A stretch of 64,000 nucleotides of DNA from Haliangiales bacterium (GCA_038321315.1 JBBQEX010000005.1:36097-100096); one strand, 5' to 3'. Positions 38,674 through 49,129 are shown, counted from the first letter of the stretch. Notes: generated by a model not told the origin, from the letters alone. Translations and numbers: made by a program.

Positions 38674-39462
38674 ATGCTCGCCGATCCGACCGATCGCGAC
38701 GCGTACCTCGTCTATGCCGACTGGCTGTCGGAGCAGGGCGATCCGCAGGGCGAGCTGATCGCGACGGCGGTCGCCGCGCACGCCGAGCCGAAGAAGCAGC
38801 GCAAGCTCAAGATGAAAGCGACGCAGCTGCTCGCCGGCTTCATCGAATCGCGCTGCGTATCGGAGTTCCCTCAGCTCGCGCATCGGTTTCGCGCCTACCA
38901 GCTCGGCGATCACGAGCGTTCGCCGGACAAGCTGTCGACGTCGAAGGTCGGAATGATCACCTGGCGCTGGGGTGTGATCACGTCGATCGGGACGTGGGAG
39001 TGGCCGGCGAAGTGGCAGGCGCAGACGCTGGCGCTGCTGGCATCGCCGCTCGCGCGGTTCGCGCAGTTCATCTACTTGCGCGGTACGCCGATCGTCGATC
39101 TGTCGCCGATCGGTGCGATGCGCAGCCTCCAGGAGATGGAGCTGATCGGCTGCACCGAGCTGACCGATCTTTCGCCGATCGCGGGTCTGCTGGACCTGTG
39201 GAAACTCGAGCTCCAGCGCTCCGCCGTCGTCGAGCTCGGTCCGCTCGCCGCCAACCGAGCGCTGCGTTACGTCAACGTCGAGCGCACGAAGGTCAGGTCG
39301 CTGCGCGCGCTCCACGCGCTGCCGAAGTTGTGGGAGGTCTGGTGCCAGGAGACCGGCGTCACCGAGGTCGAGGCCGAGGCGCTGCGGGTCGCGATGGCCA
39401 GACACCCGATGCCGCCGAAGCCTCCGGGTGGCATGGATCGCCGCGACGTCTACGGGCCCTGA
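38674..39462 (+). CDS. Leucine-rich-repeat protein with N-terminal TIGR02996-type repeat-companion domain
   Basis: MLADPTDRDAYLVYADWLSEQGDPQGELIA matches the TIGR02996 motif. LRR-like segments LTDLSPIAGLLDLWKLEL follow. An upstream GTG at about 38618 with a GAGGA RBS is also possible. Confidence 0.6.
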   Translation: MLADPTDRDAYLVYADWLSEQGDPQGELIATAVAAHAEPKKQRKLKMKATQLLAGFIESRCVSEFPQLAHRFRAYQLGDHERSPDKLSTSKVGMITWRWGVITSIGTWEWPAKWQAQTLALLASPLARFAQFIYLRGTPIVDLSPIGAMRSLQEMELIGCTELTDLSPIAGLLDLWKLELQRSAVVELGPLAANRALRYVNVERTKVRSLRALHALPKLWEVWCQETGVTEVEAEALRVAMARHPMPPKPPGGMDRRDVYGP

Positions 39463-40205
39463 AGGCGGGCGATCAGCTGCTTGCCGATCAGGTACGCGTC
39501 GCCCGGCCACCGCGCCGAGACGTAGCGGCCGTCCTCGACGACGAACGCGTCGGTGTCGTCGTCGCGCGTGCCGCGCTTGCTGAGCGTGCGCGGGCCGCGC
39601 TCGAACTGCGCGCTCGAGCCGAGGGCCTGCTTGACCTCGTCCTCGACGTACGCCGGGTACGTGCGGTAGTAGCGACCGCGGCGCCAGAACGTCGAGAAGT
39701 ACGCGCTGCGCTCCATGTACTTGGGCAGGCACGTCGTGCGGACGTCGTGCAGCACGGACTTTCCGTCGGGCCGCTTCGCGCGCGCGGCGGCGAGCACGCC
39801 GTGACAGATCGCGGCGATCGGCTTTCGAGTCGCGAAGAACTCCGCGATCAGCGCGTGGACGACGGCGCTGCCGAGGTACTGGCGCATGCCGGGTGCGTGC
39901 CCACCCGCGAGGAACAGGGCGTCGAACGTCGCGGCGTGACAGGCGGACCACGGCAGCGGCGCGCCGAACTGCGGATCGCGCTCGAGCTCTTGGTAGAACG
40001 CGATCGGCTCGGGGCGCGCGCCGAGCTTGCCGAACACGACGCCGGTCAGGAGCAGCGGATCGCACGCCGGCTTCGCGCCGGCCTCGGTGGCGAACGCGAC
40101 GGTGTGGCCAGCCTCGACGAGCAGCTTCCAGGGCACCGCGACCTCGGTGACGTCGAAGTCGCGATCCGGAAGCGGAAACAAGACGCGTGCCATCGCCGGG
40201 AGCAT
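39450..40205 (-). CDS. DJ-1/PfpI (class I glutamine amidotransferase-like) family protein
   Basis: ARVLFPLPDRDFDVTEVAVPW...AAICHGVLAAA (nucleophile elbow Cys-His). The track start at 40238 is GTG. ATG options are at 40205 and 40193. Confidence 0.7.
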   Translation of the reverse strand: MLPAMARVLFPLPDRDFDVTEVAVPWKLLVEAGHTVAFATEAGAKPACDPLLLTGVVFGKLGARPEPIAFYQELERDPQFGAPLPWSACHAATFDALFLAGGHAPGMRQYLGSAVVHALIAEFFATRKPIAAICHGVLAAARAKRPDGKSVLHDVRTTCLPKYMERSAYFSTFWRRGRYYRTYPAYVEDEVKQALGSSAQFERGPRTLSKRGTRDDDTDAFVVEDGRYVSARWPGDAYLIGKQLIARLQGP

Positions 40206-40230
40206 AGCCGCGCGCGATAGTTCGAGCTGC

Positions 40231-42267
40231 GTGAGCACCCCGAAACCGAAGCGGCTGGTGAGCTACCCGCTGAGCCTCGCGCTCGTGGTCGCGACCCTGG
40301 TGACCGCGACCGGTGGCTGGATCGCGTGGTGGAACTATCGCGCGGGTCTCGAGAACACCCGCGCCCTCGCGTTCGAGCTGTTCGGGCAGATCGCGCACCA
40401 GACCGCCGACTCGACGTCCGCGTTCCTCGCCAAGGCGCCGCCGGCGGCCGAGACGCTGCGCAACTTCGCCGCCGACGAGCCCAGCTCGTCGAGCGACGCG
40501 ATCGCGCGGCGCGAGATGGGTGTGCTTCGCGCGAACCCGAGCTTCACGTGGGTGAGCTACTCCGACACCGACGGCCGGTTCACCGGCGCGTACTATCCCA
40601 GGCCCGGCCAGATCCGCGTCAACCAGAGCTCGATCGCCGACGGCAAGACGGCGCTGGTCGAGCGCGACGTGATCGGTGACGTGTGGCAGGAGTTCCGCCG
40701 CGATCCCGACACCAGGTACGATCCACGCACGCGGCCGTTCTACACGCTCGCCGCCGCGGCGAAGCACGGCGTGTGGACGCCGCCGTACGTGTTCTTCGAG
40801 AAGGTCCCGGGCATCACCTACGCGGTGCCGGCGATCGACGCGAGCGGGTTGCGCGGCGTGTACACCGTCGACTTCGATCTCGGGCGGCTATCCGAGCTCG
40901 CGCGCTCGCTGCATCCGAGCGCGCACGGCGCCGTCGCGATCGTCGCCGACGACGGCGCGATGCTCGCGCACCCGATCGCGCCGCTCGCGACCGCCGACGG
41001 CAAGCTCGCGATGGCGAAGGACGTCGCCGATCCGGCCCTGCGCGCGCTGGCCGCCGCACCGCGCACGACGCGCGCGCTCGACGTCGACGGCACGCCGTAC
41101 CTCGCGAGCTCGGTCGACATCCGCGTGCCCGACGGGCCGGCGTGGCGCGTCGTGGTCTACGCACCGGAGAGCGACTTCACCGCGGAGCTCGACAAGCGCG
41201 TGGTGTCGTCGCTGATCGTGTCCCTCATCGCCGTCGTGATCGCGGTGGTGATCGCGTGGGTCCTCGCGCGCCGCGTGTCGGGGCCGCTGACCTCGCTCGC
41301 CGAGGACATGTCGCGCGTCGGCGAGTTCCGGATCGACGACGCACCGCCGCGGCGCTCGCTGTTCCGCGAGATCGAGATGATGAACCGCGCGCTGGCGAAG
41401 ATGAAGGGTGGGCTGCGCTCGTTCGGCCGGTTCGTCCCGCGCGACCTCGTGCGCACGCTGCTCGCGTCGGGCCGCGAGGCGACGCTGTCGGGCGAGCTGC
41501 GCACGCTGACGGTGTACTTCTCCGACATCGCCGGGTTCACCACGCTCGCCGAGAGCATGAAGCCCGACGAGCTCGTGAAGTTCCTCGGCACCTACTTCGA
41601 GGACACGTCGAACATCATCGCCGAGGAGCACGGCACCGTCGACAAGTACCTCGGCGACGGCATCATGGCGTTCTGGGGCGCGCCGGAGGAGCTCGCCGAT
41701 CACGCGGCGCGCGCGTGCACCGCGGCGCTGCGCTGCCACCGGCGCGTGCGCGAGCTCGTCGCGGGCGGGACCACGATCAGCGCGCGCATCGGCATCGCGA
41801 CCGGCGAGGTCCTGGTCGGCAACATCGGCTCGCCGGAGCGCATGAACTACACCGTCATGGGCGACACCGCGAACCTCGCGGCTCGGCTCGAGTCGCTCAA
41901 CAAGCAGTACGCGACCGAGCTGATGATCGGCGAGCAGACCTACGAGCTCGCCAAGCACGCGATCGTCGCGCGGGCGCTCGATGTCGTCGCGGTCAAGGGC
42001 AAGCAGCGCGGCGTGCGGGTCTACCAGCTGCTCGCGCTCGCCTCCGATCACGACGCGACCGCCGAGGCGATCGCCGCCGACTCCGCGATCGCGCTCGATG
42101 CGTACCTCGCGCGCGAGTTCGCGACCGCGATCGTCGCGTGGGACCGCGTCCTCTTGCGCCTGCCCGACGATCGCGCGGCGAATCAGCTTCGCGCCCGTGC
42201 CGTGGCGTTCCGCGACGCGCCACCCGGCCCCGAGTGGGCCGGTGTGACGGTTGCCACCGAGAAGTAG
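40231..42267 (+). CDS. Class III adenylate/guanylate cyclase with periplasmic Cache-like sensor and HAMP domain
   Basis: GTG at 40231 precedes the TM helix LSLALVVATLVTATGGWIAWW. A periplasmic domain and a second TM follow. HAMP and the cyclase domain (FSDIAGFTTL...YLGDGIMAFWGAP...MGDTANLAARLES) follow. The first 68 codons of ORF 40027 are antisense to the DJ-1 gene. Confidence 0.8.
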   Translation: MSTPKPKRLVSYPLSLALVVATLVTATGGWIAWWNYRAGLENTRALAFELFGQIAHQTADSTSAFLAKAPPAAETLRNFAADEPSSSSDAIARREMGVLRANPSFTWVSYSDTDGRFTGAYYPRPGQIRVNQSSIADGKTALVERDVIGDVWQEFRRDPDTRYDPRTRPFYTLAAAAKHGVWTPPYVFFEKVPGITYAVPAIDASGLRGVYTVDFDLGRLSELARSLHPSAHGAVAIVADDGAMLAHPIAPLATADGKLAMAKDVADPALRALAAAPRTTRALDVDGTPYLASSVDIRVPDGPAWRVVVYAPESDFTAELDKRVVSSLIVSLIAVVIAVVIAWVLARRVSGPLTSLAEDMSRVGEFRIDDAPPRRSLFREIEMMNRALAKMKGGLRSFGRFVPRDLVRTLLASGREATLSGELRTLTVYFSDIAGFTTLAESMKPDELVKFLGTYFEDTSNIIAEEHGTVDKYLGDGIMAFWGAPEELADHAARACTAALRCHRRVRELVAGGTTISARIGIATGEVLVGNIGSPERMNYTVMGDTANLAARLESLNKQYATELMIGEQTYELAKHAIVARALDVVAVKGKQRGVRVYQLLALASDHDATAEAIAADSAIALDAYLAREFATAIVAWDRVLLRLPDDRAANQLRARAVAFRDAPPGPEWAGVTVATEK

Positions 42268-42332
42268 CACCAGACAAGTGCATGTGAGCGCGCGCGGGTA
42301 CCTCGCGACGGCGCGGCCCCTATGCTCCGCGC

Positions 42333-45005
42333 ATGCGATTTCCCCTCGTCGTCGCGGTCCTTGCCGCCTGCGGTCCCAGCCCCAAGCCGGTCGCGACCGC
42401 GAAGCCGCCGATCGTCACCGCGGTCGTGCCGCCTGCCACCGCGCCCGACGCCCGGCTCGTCGCGCCCGAGCTGCGCCTGCCACCGCTCGCGCGGCCGCTT
42501 CACAACCGCGTCGAGCTGACGATCGATCCCGCGACCGAGGACTTCACCGGCACGATCACGACCGAGCTCGAGGTCCTGGCGAAGACCAAGGTGATCTGGT
42601 TGAACGGCCTCGAGATCACGGTCGACCGCGCGACGCTGACCGTCGACGGCAAGGCGATCAGCGCGGTCGGCTCGAGCCCGGCGACCGGCTACGTCGCGCT
42701 GGTGTTCCCGACCGAGCTCGCGCCCGGCAAGGGCACGCTCGCGATCAAGTATCGCGGCAAGATGCACAAGGACGACGGCGACGGCATCTACACCGCGAAG
42801 GAAGCCAACGAGTGGTACGCGTTCACCCAGTTCGAGTCGACCGACGCACGCCAGGCGTTCCCGACGTTCGACGAGCCGTCCTACAAGGTGCCGTGGCAGC
42901 TCACGCTGCACACCAAGAAGGCGCTCGTCGCGCTGTCGAACACGCCGATCGAGAGCGAGACCGACGAGCCCGGTGGCATGAAGGTCGTGCGGTTCGCCGA
43001 GACCCGGCCGCTGCCGAGCTACCTCGTCGCGTTCGCGGTCGGCCCGTTCGACCTCGTCGACGCCGGCAAGACCCGCGGTGGCGCGCCGATCCGCATCGTC
43101 GTGCCGAAGGGCCGCAGCGCCGACGCCGCGTATCCCGTGATCGCGACGCGCCCGCTGCTCGATCTGCTCGAGGACTACTTCGGCACGCCGTACCCGTTCC
43201 CCAAGCTCGACATCGTCGCGGTCTCGGTGTTCAACGCCGGCGCGATGGAGAACCCCGGCCTCATCACGTTCAAGCAGGGGATCGTGCTGTCCAAGCCCGC
43301 CGAGCTCACGACCGAGCGGCAAGAGCGCTACGCGGTGACCGCGGCGCACGAGATGGCACACCAGTGGTTTGGCGACGACGTCACGCTCGCGTGGTGGGAC
43401 GACACGTGGCTCAACGAGTCGTTCGCGTCGTGGGCCGAGAGCAAGATCGTCGCGCAGTGGAAGCCCGAGTGGGATTCCGAGGTCGGGATGGTCGAAGGCA
43501 AGTCGCGCGCGATGGGGTCCGATAGCCTCGACAGCGCGCGCGCGATCCGCCAGCCGATCGAGACCACCGGCGACATCCTCCACGCGTTCGACGAGATCAC
43601 CTACGGCAAGGGCGAGGCCGTGCTGCGGATGATCGAGGGCACGATCGGGGCCGACGTGTTCCAGAAGGGCGTGCGTGCCTACCTGCGCAAGCACGCCGGC
43701 GGCAACGCGACCTACACCGACTTCGTCTCCGCGATCTCCGAAGCCGCCGGCCGAGACCTCGAGCCGCTGTTCGGCGCGTTCGTCAAGCAGTCGGGCGTGC
43801 CGTTCGTCTCGGTCGAGCTGTCGTGCAAGGGCGCGCCGAAGCTCGCGCTCGCGCAGCGCCGCTACGTGCCGACCGGCTCCGAGATCGACGCCAAGCGCAG
43901 CTGGCCGGTCCCGGTCTGCGTGCGCTGGTCCGCCGGTGGCAAGACCGGTCGCGACTGCACCGTGCTCGGCGCCGAGCAGGGCGAGCTCGCGCTGTCGGCG
44001 AAGTCGTGCCCCGACTGGGTGCTGCCGAACGACGGCGAGCTCGCGTACTACCGCTGGCTGCCCAAGGGCGACCTGATGTCGAAGCTGCTCGCGCACGTCA
44101 AGTCGCTGACGCTGCCGGAGCGCGTCGGCGTGCTCGGCGATGTTCAGGCGCTGGTGTCGAGCGGCGATCTGCAGAGCGGCGTCGCGCTCGGTCTCGTCGC
44201 CGAGCTCGCGAAGGAGAAGAGCCGCCACATCGTCGGCGCCTCGATCGGCATCGTCGCCGGGATCGACGACATGGTGCCCGACGCGCTGCGCCCGAACTAC
44301 GAGCGCTTCATCCGCAAGACCTACCTCGGGCGCGCCAAGGAGATCGGCTGGAAGGCGCGCGCGGGCGAGGGCACCGACATCAAGGAGCTGCGCCCCGCGT
44401 TGCTCGGCCTGGTCGCCGGCGACGGCAAGGATCCCGAGCTGATCGCGGCGGCCACCGCGCTCGCGTGGAAGTGGCTCGACGATCACAAGGCCGTCGATCC
44501 CGAGATGGTGCGAACCGTGCTGCACGTCGCCGCGCGCTATGGCGATCAGAAGCTGTTCGATCGACTCCACGCCGACGCCAAGGCCGCAACGCGCGACGAG
44601 CGAGGCCGCTACCTGTCGGCGATGGGCGCGTTCGCCGATCCGAAGATCGCGAAGCAGGCGATGGCGATCTCCCTGACCGACGAGTTCGAGCTGCGCGAGG
44701 GCATCGGCCTCATCAACTTCCAGGATCCGCGCACGCGCATGCAGGCGTTCGAGTTCGCCAAGGAGCACTTCGACGAGATCATGGCGAAGCTGCCGCCGAT
44801 GTTCCGACCGTACATGGCCTACATCGTCGTCCCGCTGTGCGACACGGACAAGAAGGCCGAGCTCGAGGCGTTCCTGCGGCCACGGATCGAGAAGCTCGAC
44901 GGCGGGCCGCTCGCGCTCACCCAGGCGCTCGAGCAGCTGTCGCTGTGCTCGGCGGGCCGCAAGGCGCAGACACCGGGCGTCGTCGCGTTCCTCAAGAAGC
45001 AGTGA
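42333..45005 (+). CDS. pepN: Aminopeptidase N, peptidase M1 family lipoprotein
   Basis: GAMEN exopeptidase motif and HEMAHQWFG...WLNESFASW zinc site. Lipobox LAACGP. Confidence 0.85.
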   Translation: MRFPLVVAVLAACGPSPKPVATAKPPIVTAVVPPATAPDARLVAPELRLPPLARPLHNRVELTIDPATEDFTGTITTELEVLAKTKVIWLNGLEITVDRATLTVDGKAISAVGSSPATGYVALVFPTELAPGKGTLAIKYRGKMHKDDGDGIYTAKEANEWYAFTQFESTDARQAFPTFDEPSYKVPWQLTLHTKKALVALSNTPIESETDEPGGMKVVRFAETRPLPSYLVAFAVGPFDLVDAGKTRGGAPIRIVVPKGRSADAAYPVIATRPLLDLLEDYFGTPYPFPKLDIVAVSVFNAGAMENPGLITFKQGIVLSKPAELTTERQERYAVTAAHEMAHQWFGDDVTLAWWDDTWLNESFASWAESKIVAQWKPEWDSEVGMVEGKSRAMGSDSLDSARAIRQPIETTGDILHAFDEITYGKGEAVLRMIEGTIGADVFQKGVRAYLRKHAGGNATYTDFVSAISEAAGRDLEPLFGAFVKQSGVPFVSVELSCKGAPKLALAQRRYVPTGSEIDAKRSWPVPVCVRWSAGGKTGRDCTVLGAEQGELALSAKSCPDWVLPNDGELAYYRWLPKGDLMSKLLAHVKSLTLPERVGVLGDVQALVSSGDLQSGVALGLVAELAKEKSRHIVGASIGIVAGIDDMVPDALRPNYERFIRKTYLGRAKEIGWKARAGEGTDIKELRPALLGLVAGDGKDPELIAAATALAWKWLDDHKAVDPEMVRTVLHVAARYGDQKLFDRLHADAKAATRDERGRYLSAMGAFADPKIAKQAMAISLTDEFELREGIGLINFQDPRTRMQAFEFAKEHFDEIMAKLPPMFRPYMAYIVVPLCDTDKKAELEAFLRPRIEKLDGGPLALTQALEQLSLCSAGRKAQTPGVVAFLKKQ

Positions 45006-45021
45006 TCGTATACTGGGGCGG

Positions 45022-46248
45022 ATGCTCGCGGCCCTCGACAAGCTGTTCGGCCGCCTGATCCGCATCGGGCGCACGCCCGCCATGCCGACGGCGATCGCGC
45101 GCTACGTCGTGCTGACGAACATCGTCGCGATCCTCGGGGTCGTGTTCACCGTGGGGTTCGGCTCGATCCTGCTGGTGCTCGGCTCGCCGGTGCACGCCGG
45201 GCTCCAGGTGCTCTACGCGCTCGGCTACCTGCCGACGATCGCGCTCAACAAGCGCGGCCACCACCTCGCCGCGACCACCTGGCTCGTGTTCGGTGGCCAC
45301 GTGCTCGTCGCGATCCAGGTGCTGGTCGAGGGTGGCGTGCTCGACGTCCAGCTGTTCTTCCTGCTGCACGCGGTGTTGCCGTTCCTGGTCTATCCGCCGC
45401 GCAACACCCGCCTCATGTGGGGGCTGTCGGCGCTCGCCGGCCTCGACATGCTCGCCATGCTCGCGATCGGAGACCAACTGCCGCAGCTCGGCCCGGACAT
45501 GCCGCACCTGCCGATCGTGCGCATGATCTTCCACGCCGGCCTGTTCGCGACCCTCGCCGCCTGCGCGTACTACGCGCGCCGCGCCACGCTGCTCGCCGAG
45601 TCCGCGCTCGACCTTGCGCACGCCCGCTCCGAGGAGCTGATCCACAACATCCTGCCGATGTCGATCGCGACCCGGCTCAAGCGCCGCGATGGCACGATCG
45701 CCGACGGCTTCAGCGACGTCACCGTCCTGTTCGCCGACATCGTCGGGTTCACGACGCTGTCGACCCACATGGCGCCCCGGGCGGTCGTCGAGTTGCTCAA
45801 CGAGCTGTTCTGCAAGTTCGACGATCTCGCCGGCACGCTCGGGCTCGAGAAGATCAAGACGATCGGTGACTGCTACATGGTCGCCGGCGGCCTCCCCGAG
45901 CCGCGCGCCGATCACGCCGAGGCGATCGCCGAGATGGCGTTCGGCATGCTGCGCACCGTCGCCGCGTTCAGCGCGCGAACGGGCGAGCCGCTCCAGATCC
46001 GCATCGGCATCAACAGCGGCCCCGTCGTGGCCGGGGTGATCGGCAAGCGCAAGTTCATCTACGATCTGTGGGGCGACACCGTGAACACCGCGAGCCGCAT
46101 GGAGTCGCACGGCGTCGCCGATGCGATCCAGATCAGCGAGCCGACCCACCGCCTGCTCGATGCCAAGTACGCGACCACGCCGCGCGGCGCGATCGAGATC
46201 AAGGGCAAGGGCCCGATGCAGACCTGGCTCCTCGGCGGCGCCAAGTAG
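45022..46248 (+). CDS. Membrane-anchored class III adenylate cyclase
   Basis: Six TM helices. FADIVGFTTL...IGDCYMVAGGLP...WGDTVNTASRMES is the CYC domain. Confidence 0.85.
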   Translation: MLAALDKLFGRLIRIGRTPAMPTAIARYVVLTNIVAILGVVFTVGFGSILLVLGSPVHAGLQVLYALGYLPTIALNKRGHHLAATTWLVFGGHVLVAIQVLVEGGVLDVQLFFLLHAVLPFLVYPPRNTRLMWGLSALAGLDMLAMLAIGDQLPQLGPDMPHLPIVRMIFHAGLFATLAACAYYARRATLLAESALDLAHARSEELIHNILPMSIATRLKRRDGTIADGFSDVTVLFADIVGFTTLSTHMAPRAVVELLNELFCKFDDLAGTLGLEKIKTIGDCYMVAGGLPEPRADHAEAIAEMAFGMLRTVAAFSARTGEPLQIRIGINSGPVVAGVIGKRKFIYDLWGDTVNTASRMESHGVADAIQISEPTHRLLDAKYATTPRGAIEIKGKGPMQTWLLGGAK

Positions 46249-47880
46249 TCAGTTCGCGCCGAGGTAGGCGCGCAGGCGCTTGGCGACGCGGCGGACCTCC
46301 GAGTTGGTCTTCGCGAGCGTCGCGGCGTCGCGCAGCTTCGCGTGGGCCTGCTCGACGAGCGCGGCGGCCCCGACGGCGCCGGCGCGCGCGCGGGCGGCAT
46401 CGATGCGGGCGGTGGCGAGCCCGCGCAAGACGAGCGCGATCGTGTCGCCGGGATGCGACCTGCGCGACCCGGCGTCCTCGCGCGCGATGCTCACCTCGTC
46501 GGCCTGGAGGGCAGCGGCGGGCGAGTGGATCGTGTCGGCTCGGGAGATCACCTCGGCCGCGGCCGAGGCGTCCCCGACCTCGGCGATCAACCCGGCCTGC
46601 GCGTACAGCATGCGCGCGATCTGCAGGTTGTCGCCGACGCTCTCGAGGGACATCTCGGTCTCGGCGTAGTGTGCGAGCGCGTCGGGCAGGTCGCCGCGGG
46701 TCTCGCTGAGGCGCGCGTACGCGAAGCGCACGAACGCGACGCGCCGCTGCTGGCCGATGCGAGTGAGGATCTCGAGCGCGGCATCGAGATCCTGCTGCGC
46801 CTCGACGAAGCGGCCCTCCTCGGTGAGCGTGCCGGCCCGCGAGGTCAGCGAGATCGCGGCGCTGCGCTCGTCCTTCGCCTTGACGAGCGCCTTGATCGCG
46901 GTGGTGTGCTGCTCGATCGAGGCCGCGTTGTCGCCGCGATCGAACGCGATGTTCGCGCGATTCGACAGCGAGATCGCGGCGTGGATCTTCAGCTTGGCCT
47001 GCTCGAACAGCGCGACGGAGCGGACGTAGTGAGCGTCGGCCTCGTCGAGGTGGCCATCCTCGGTCGCGATGTTGGCGACCATGTTGACGAGGTTGCCTTC
47101 GAGCGCCGGCCAGCCGAGGTCCTTGGCCAGGTCGGCGCCTTCGCGGGCGTGCCCGGCGGCCTCGCTCGACTTGCCCTCCTCGAACAGCGAGCGCGCGAGC
47201 GCGTAGAGGTGGAGCGCGACGCTGCGCATGTCGCCGGCGGCGCGCGACATGTCGACCGATCGGCGCGCGAGCTCGGTCGCCTTCGAGAGGTTGCCGCGAT
47301 CGAACGTGATGCCGGACAGGTGATAGATCACGCGCGCGACGCCCTCGGGTCGCTCGGCCGCCTCGTGCATCGCGAGCGCGCGGGTGCACGCGGCCTCGGC
47401 GTCGTCGAGTCGACCGAGCTGGTGGAGCGCGTAGGCGGACTCGTTGAGCAGGTCGGCGGTGACCTCGTCGTCGTCGCCGTCGACGAACGCGGCGATGCCA
47501 CCCTCGTAGTACGGCAGCGCCGCTGCCCACTTGCCGTCGCCGAGCTCGCGCGAGGCCCACGCACGCCACTGGTAGCGGAGGTTGGTGCGCTGGTCCTCGG
47601 TGAGCGCGATCTCGTTGGCGCGCGTCAGGAGCGCGATCGTCGCCGGGTGCTTCCGCGACGCGTAGCGCACCTCGCTGAGCAGCGCCATGAGCTCGAGCTC
47701 GAGCTCCTTCTTGCGGGACGTCTTGCGGGGCTTCGCGGGCGGCTTGGGCGGCGGCAGCTTGGCCTTGGCCTTGACCTTGACCTTCGCCTTCGCCTTGACC
47801 ACGACCGGCTCGGCGCGCTTCGCCTTCTTCAGCGTCGGCTTGGGCTTCTGCGGCTTCTGCTTCGGCTTCGACTTCCCCAC
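46249..47880 (-). CDS. TPR-repeat protein with Lys/Pro/Ala-rich (histone H1-like) N-terminal tail
   Basis: N-terminus MGKSKPKQKPQKPKPTLKKAKRAEPVVVKAKAKVKVKAKAKLPPPKPPAKPRK. Multiple TPR-like helical repeats follow. Confidence 0.7.
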   Translation of the reverse strand: MGKSKPKQKPQKPKPTLKKAKRAEPVVVKAKAKVKVKAKAKLPPPKPPAKPRKTSRKKELELELMALLSEVRYASRKHPATIALLTRANEIALTEDQRTNLRYQWRAWASRELGDGKWAAALPYYEGGIAAFVDGDDDEVTADLLNESAYALHQLGRLDDAEAACTRALAMHEAAERPEGVARVIYHLSGITFDRGNLSKATELARRSVDMSRAAGDMRSVALHLYALARSLFEEGKSSEAAGHAREGADLAKDLGWPALEGNLVNMVANIATEDGHLDEADAHYVRSVALFEQAKLKIHAAISLSNRANIAFDRGDNAASIEQHTTAIKALVKAKDERSAAISLTSRAGTLTEEGRFVEAQQDLDAALEILTRIGQQRRVAFVRFAYARLSETRGDLPDALAHYAETEMSLESVGDNLQIARMLYAQAGLIAEVGDASAAAEVISRADTIHSPAAALQADEVSIAREDAGSRRSHPGDTIALVLRGLATARIDAARARAGAVGAAALVEQAHAKLRDAATLAKTNSEVRRVAKRLRAYLGAN

Positions 47881-47898
47881 GCGGGAAGCATAGCCGAC

Positions 47899-49125
47899 CT
47901 AGCGGTACTGACGCCGGTGATCGGCGACGCCGGCGAATCGCCGCTGACCCGGGAGTGCCGGCTCGTCGATCGGTGAGGACGACGACATCGCCATGATGCG
48001 GTCGTACTCGTCGATCGTGATCCGCGTGCGCGCCGCGAGCTGCGCGCCGATCTCGGCGGTCGCGATCCGCGCCGTCGCGCGCGGCGACACCGTGCCGGAG
48101 AAGAACTCGCTCGTGCAGCCGCTGCCGTACGAGAACATGCCGATGCGCGCGCCCGCGAGGCACGCCGCGTCGGTCTCGAGCAGCCCGGCGAGGCCCATGT
48201 ACAGGGAGCCGGTGTAGACGTTGCCGACGCGCGAGCACACCGAGAGCGACGCCTGCACCTGGTTGGCGAAGCTGGTCTCGCCGCGCATCGCCTCGACCTC
48301 GACATCCCACGGCGTGTTGGCGTCCTCGAGATCGCAGCGACGCAGCTGCGCGTGCGCCTTCTTCGCCATCTTGCAGAACGGCACGTGATAGCAGATGCGT
48401 GCGAGCTGCTCGCTCACCATCGCGCCCGCGCGCATCGTGCCGCGCTCGATCGCGCGTCGCTTCCAGCCTCGGTACGCGACGCTGACGGCCTCGAGGTAGC
48501 ACTGCACCGAGTAGTGGCCGTCGACGCGCGCCTCGCGATCGCCGTGCGGTCGCCAGAAGTCGTGGACGTGCGTGCTCGCCATCCCCGAGATCCCGAGGTC
48601 GAGCTCGACCAGCGCGGGCTGCGCCGAGACGATCATCGCGACCGCGCCGGCGCCCTGGGTCGGCTCGCCTGCGGTGCCGACGCCGTAGCGCGCGATGTCC
48701 GAGCAGATCACGAGCGCGCTGCGATCGCCCGCCGAGCCCGACGCGATCCAGTCGACCGCGGCCATCAGGCCGGCGGTGCCGCCGTAGCACGCGTGCTGGG
48801 TGTCGTAGACGCGCATGTCGCGCGGCAGCTCGAGCAGGCCGTGGACGAACGACGCCACGGGCTTGCTGTGATCGACGCCGGTCTCGGTCCCGACGACGAG
48901 CATGCCGAGCTTGCCGGGATCGACGTTGCCGCCGGACAGCACGCGGCGCGCGGCGGTGGTCGCGAGCGACACGGTGTCCTCGCCGGGCTCGGCGATCGCC
49001 ATCTCCTTCGCGCCGAGTCCGTGAGTGTACTTCGCCGGATCGACGCCGCGCGCGTTGGCGAGGTCGGCGAGGTCGATGTAGCGGCGCGGGATCGCGATCG
49101 CGAGCGCGTCGATCCCGACCCTCAC
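47899..49125 (-). CDS. mvaS: Hydroxymethylglutaryl-CoA synthase
   Basis: MRVGIDALAIAIPRRYIDLADLANARGVDPAKYTHGLGAKEMAI matches the bacterial HMG-CoA synthase N-terminus. The catalytic Cys context ALVICSDIARY is thiolase-fold. Confidence 0.85.
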   Translation of the reverse strand: MRVGIDALAIAIPRRYIDLADLANARGVDPAKYTHGLGAKEMAIAEPGEDTVSLATTAARRVLSGGNVDPGKLGMLVVGTETGVDHSKPVASFVHGLLELPRDMRVYDTQHACYGGTAGLMAAVDWIASGSAGDRSALVICSDIARYGVGTAGEPTQGAGAVAMIVSAQPALVELDLGISGMASTHVHDFWRPHGDREARVDGHYSVQCYLEAVSVAYRGWKRRAIERGTMRAGAMVSEQLARICYHVPFCKMAKKAHAQLRRCDLEDANTPWDVEVEAMRGETSFANQVQASLSVCSRVGNVYTGSLYMGLAGLLETDAACLAGARIGMFSYGSGCTSEFFSGTVSPRATARIATAEIGAQLAARTRITIDEYDRIMAMSSSSPIDEPALPGQRRFAGVADHRRQYR

Positions 49126-49129
49126 GACG

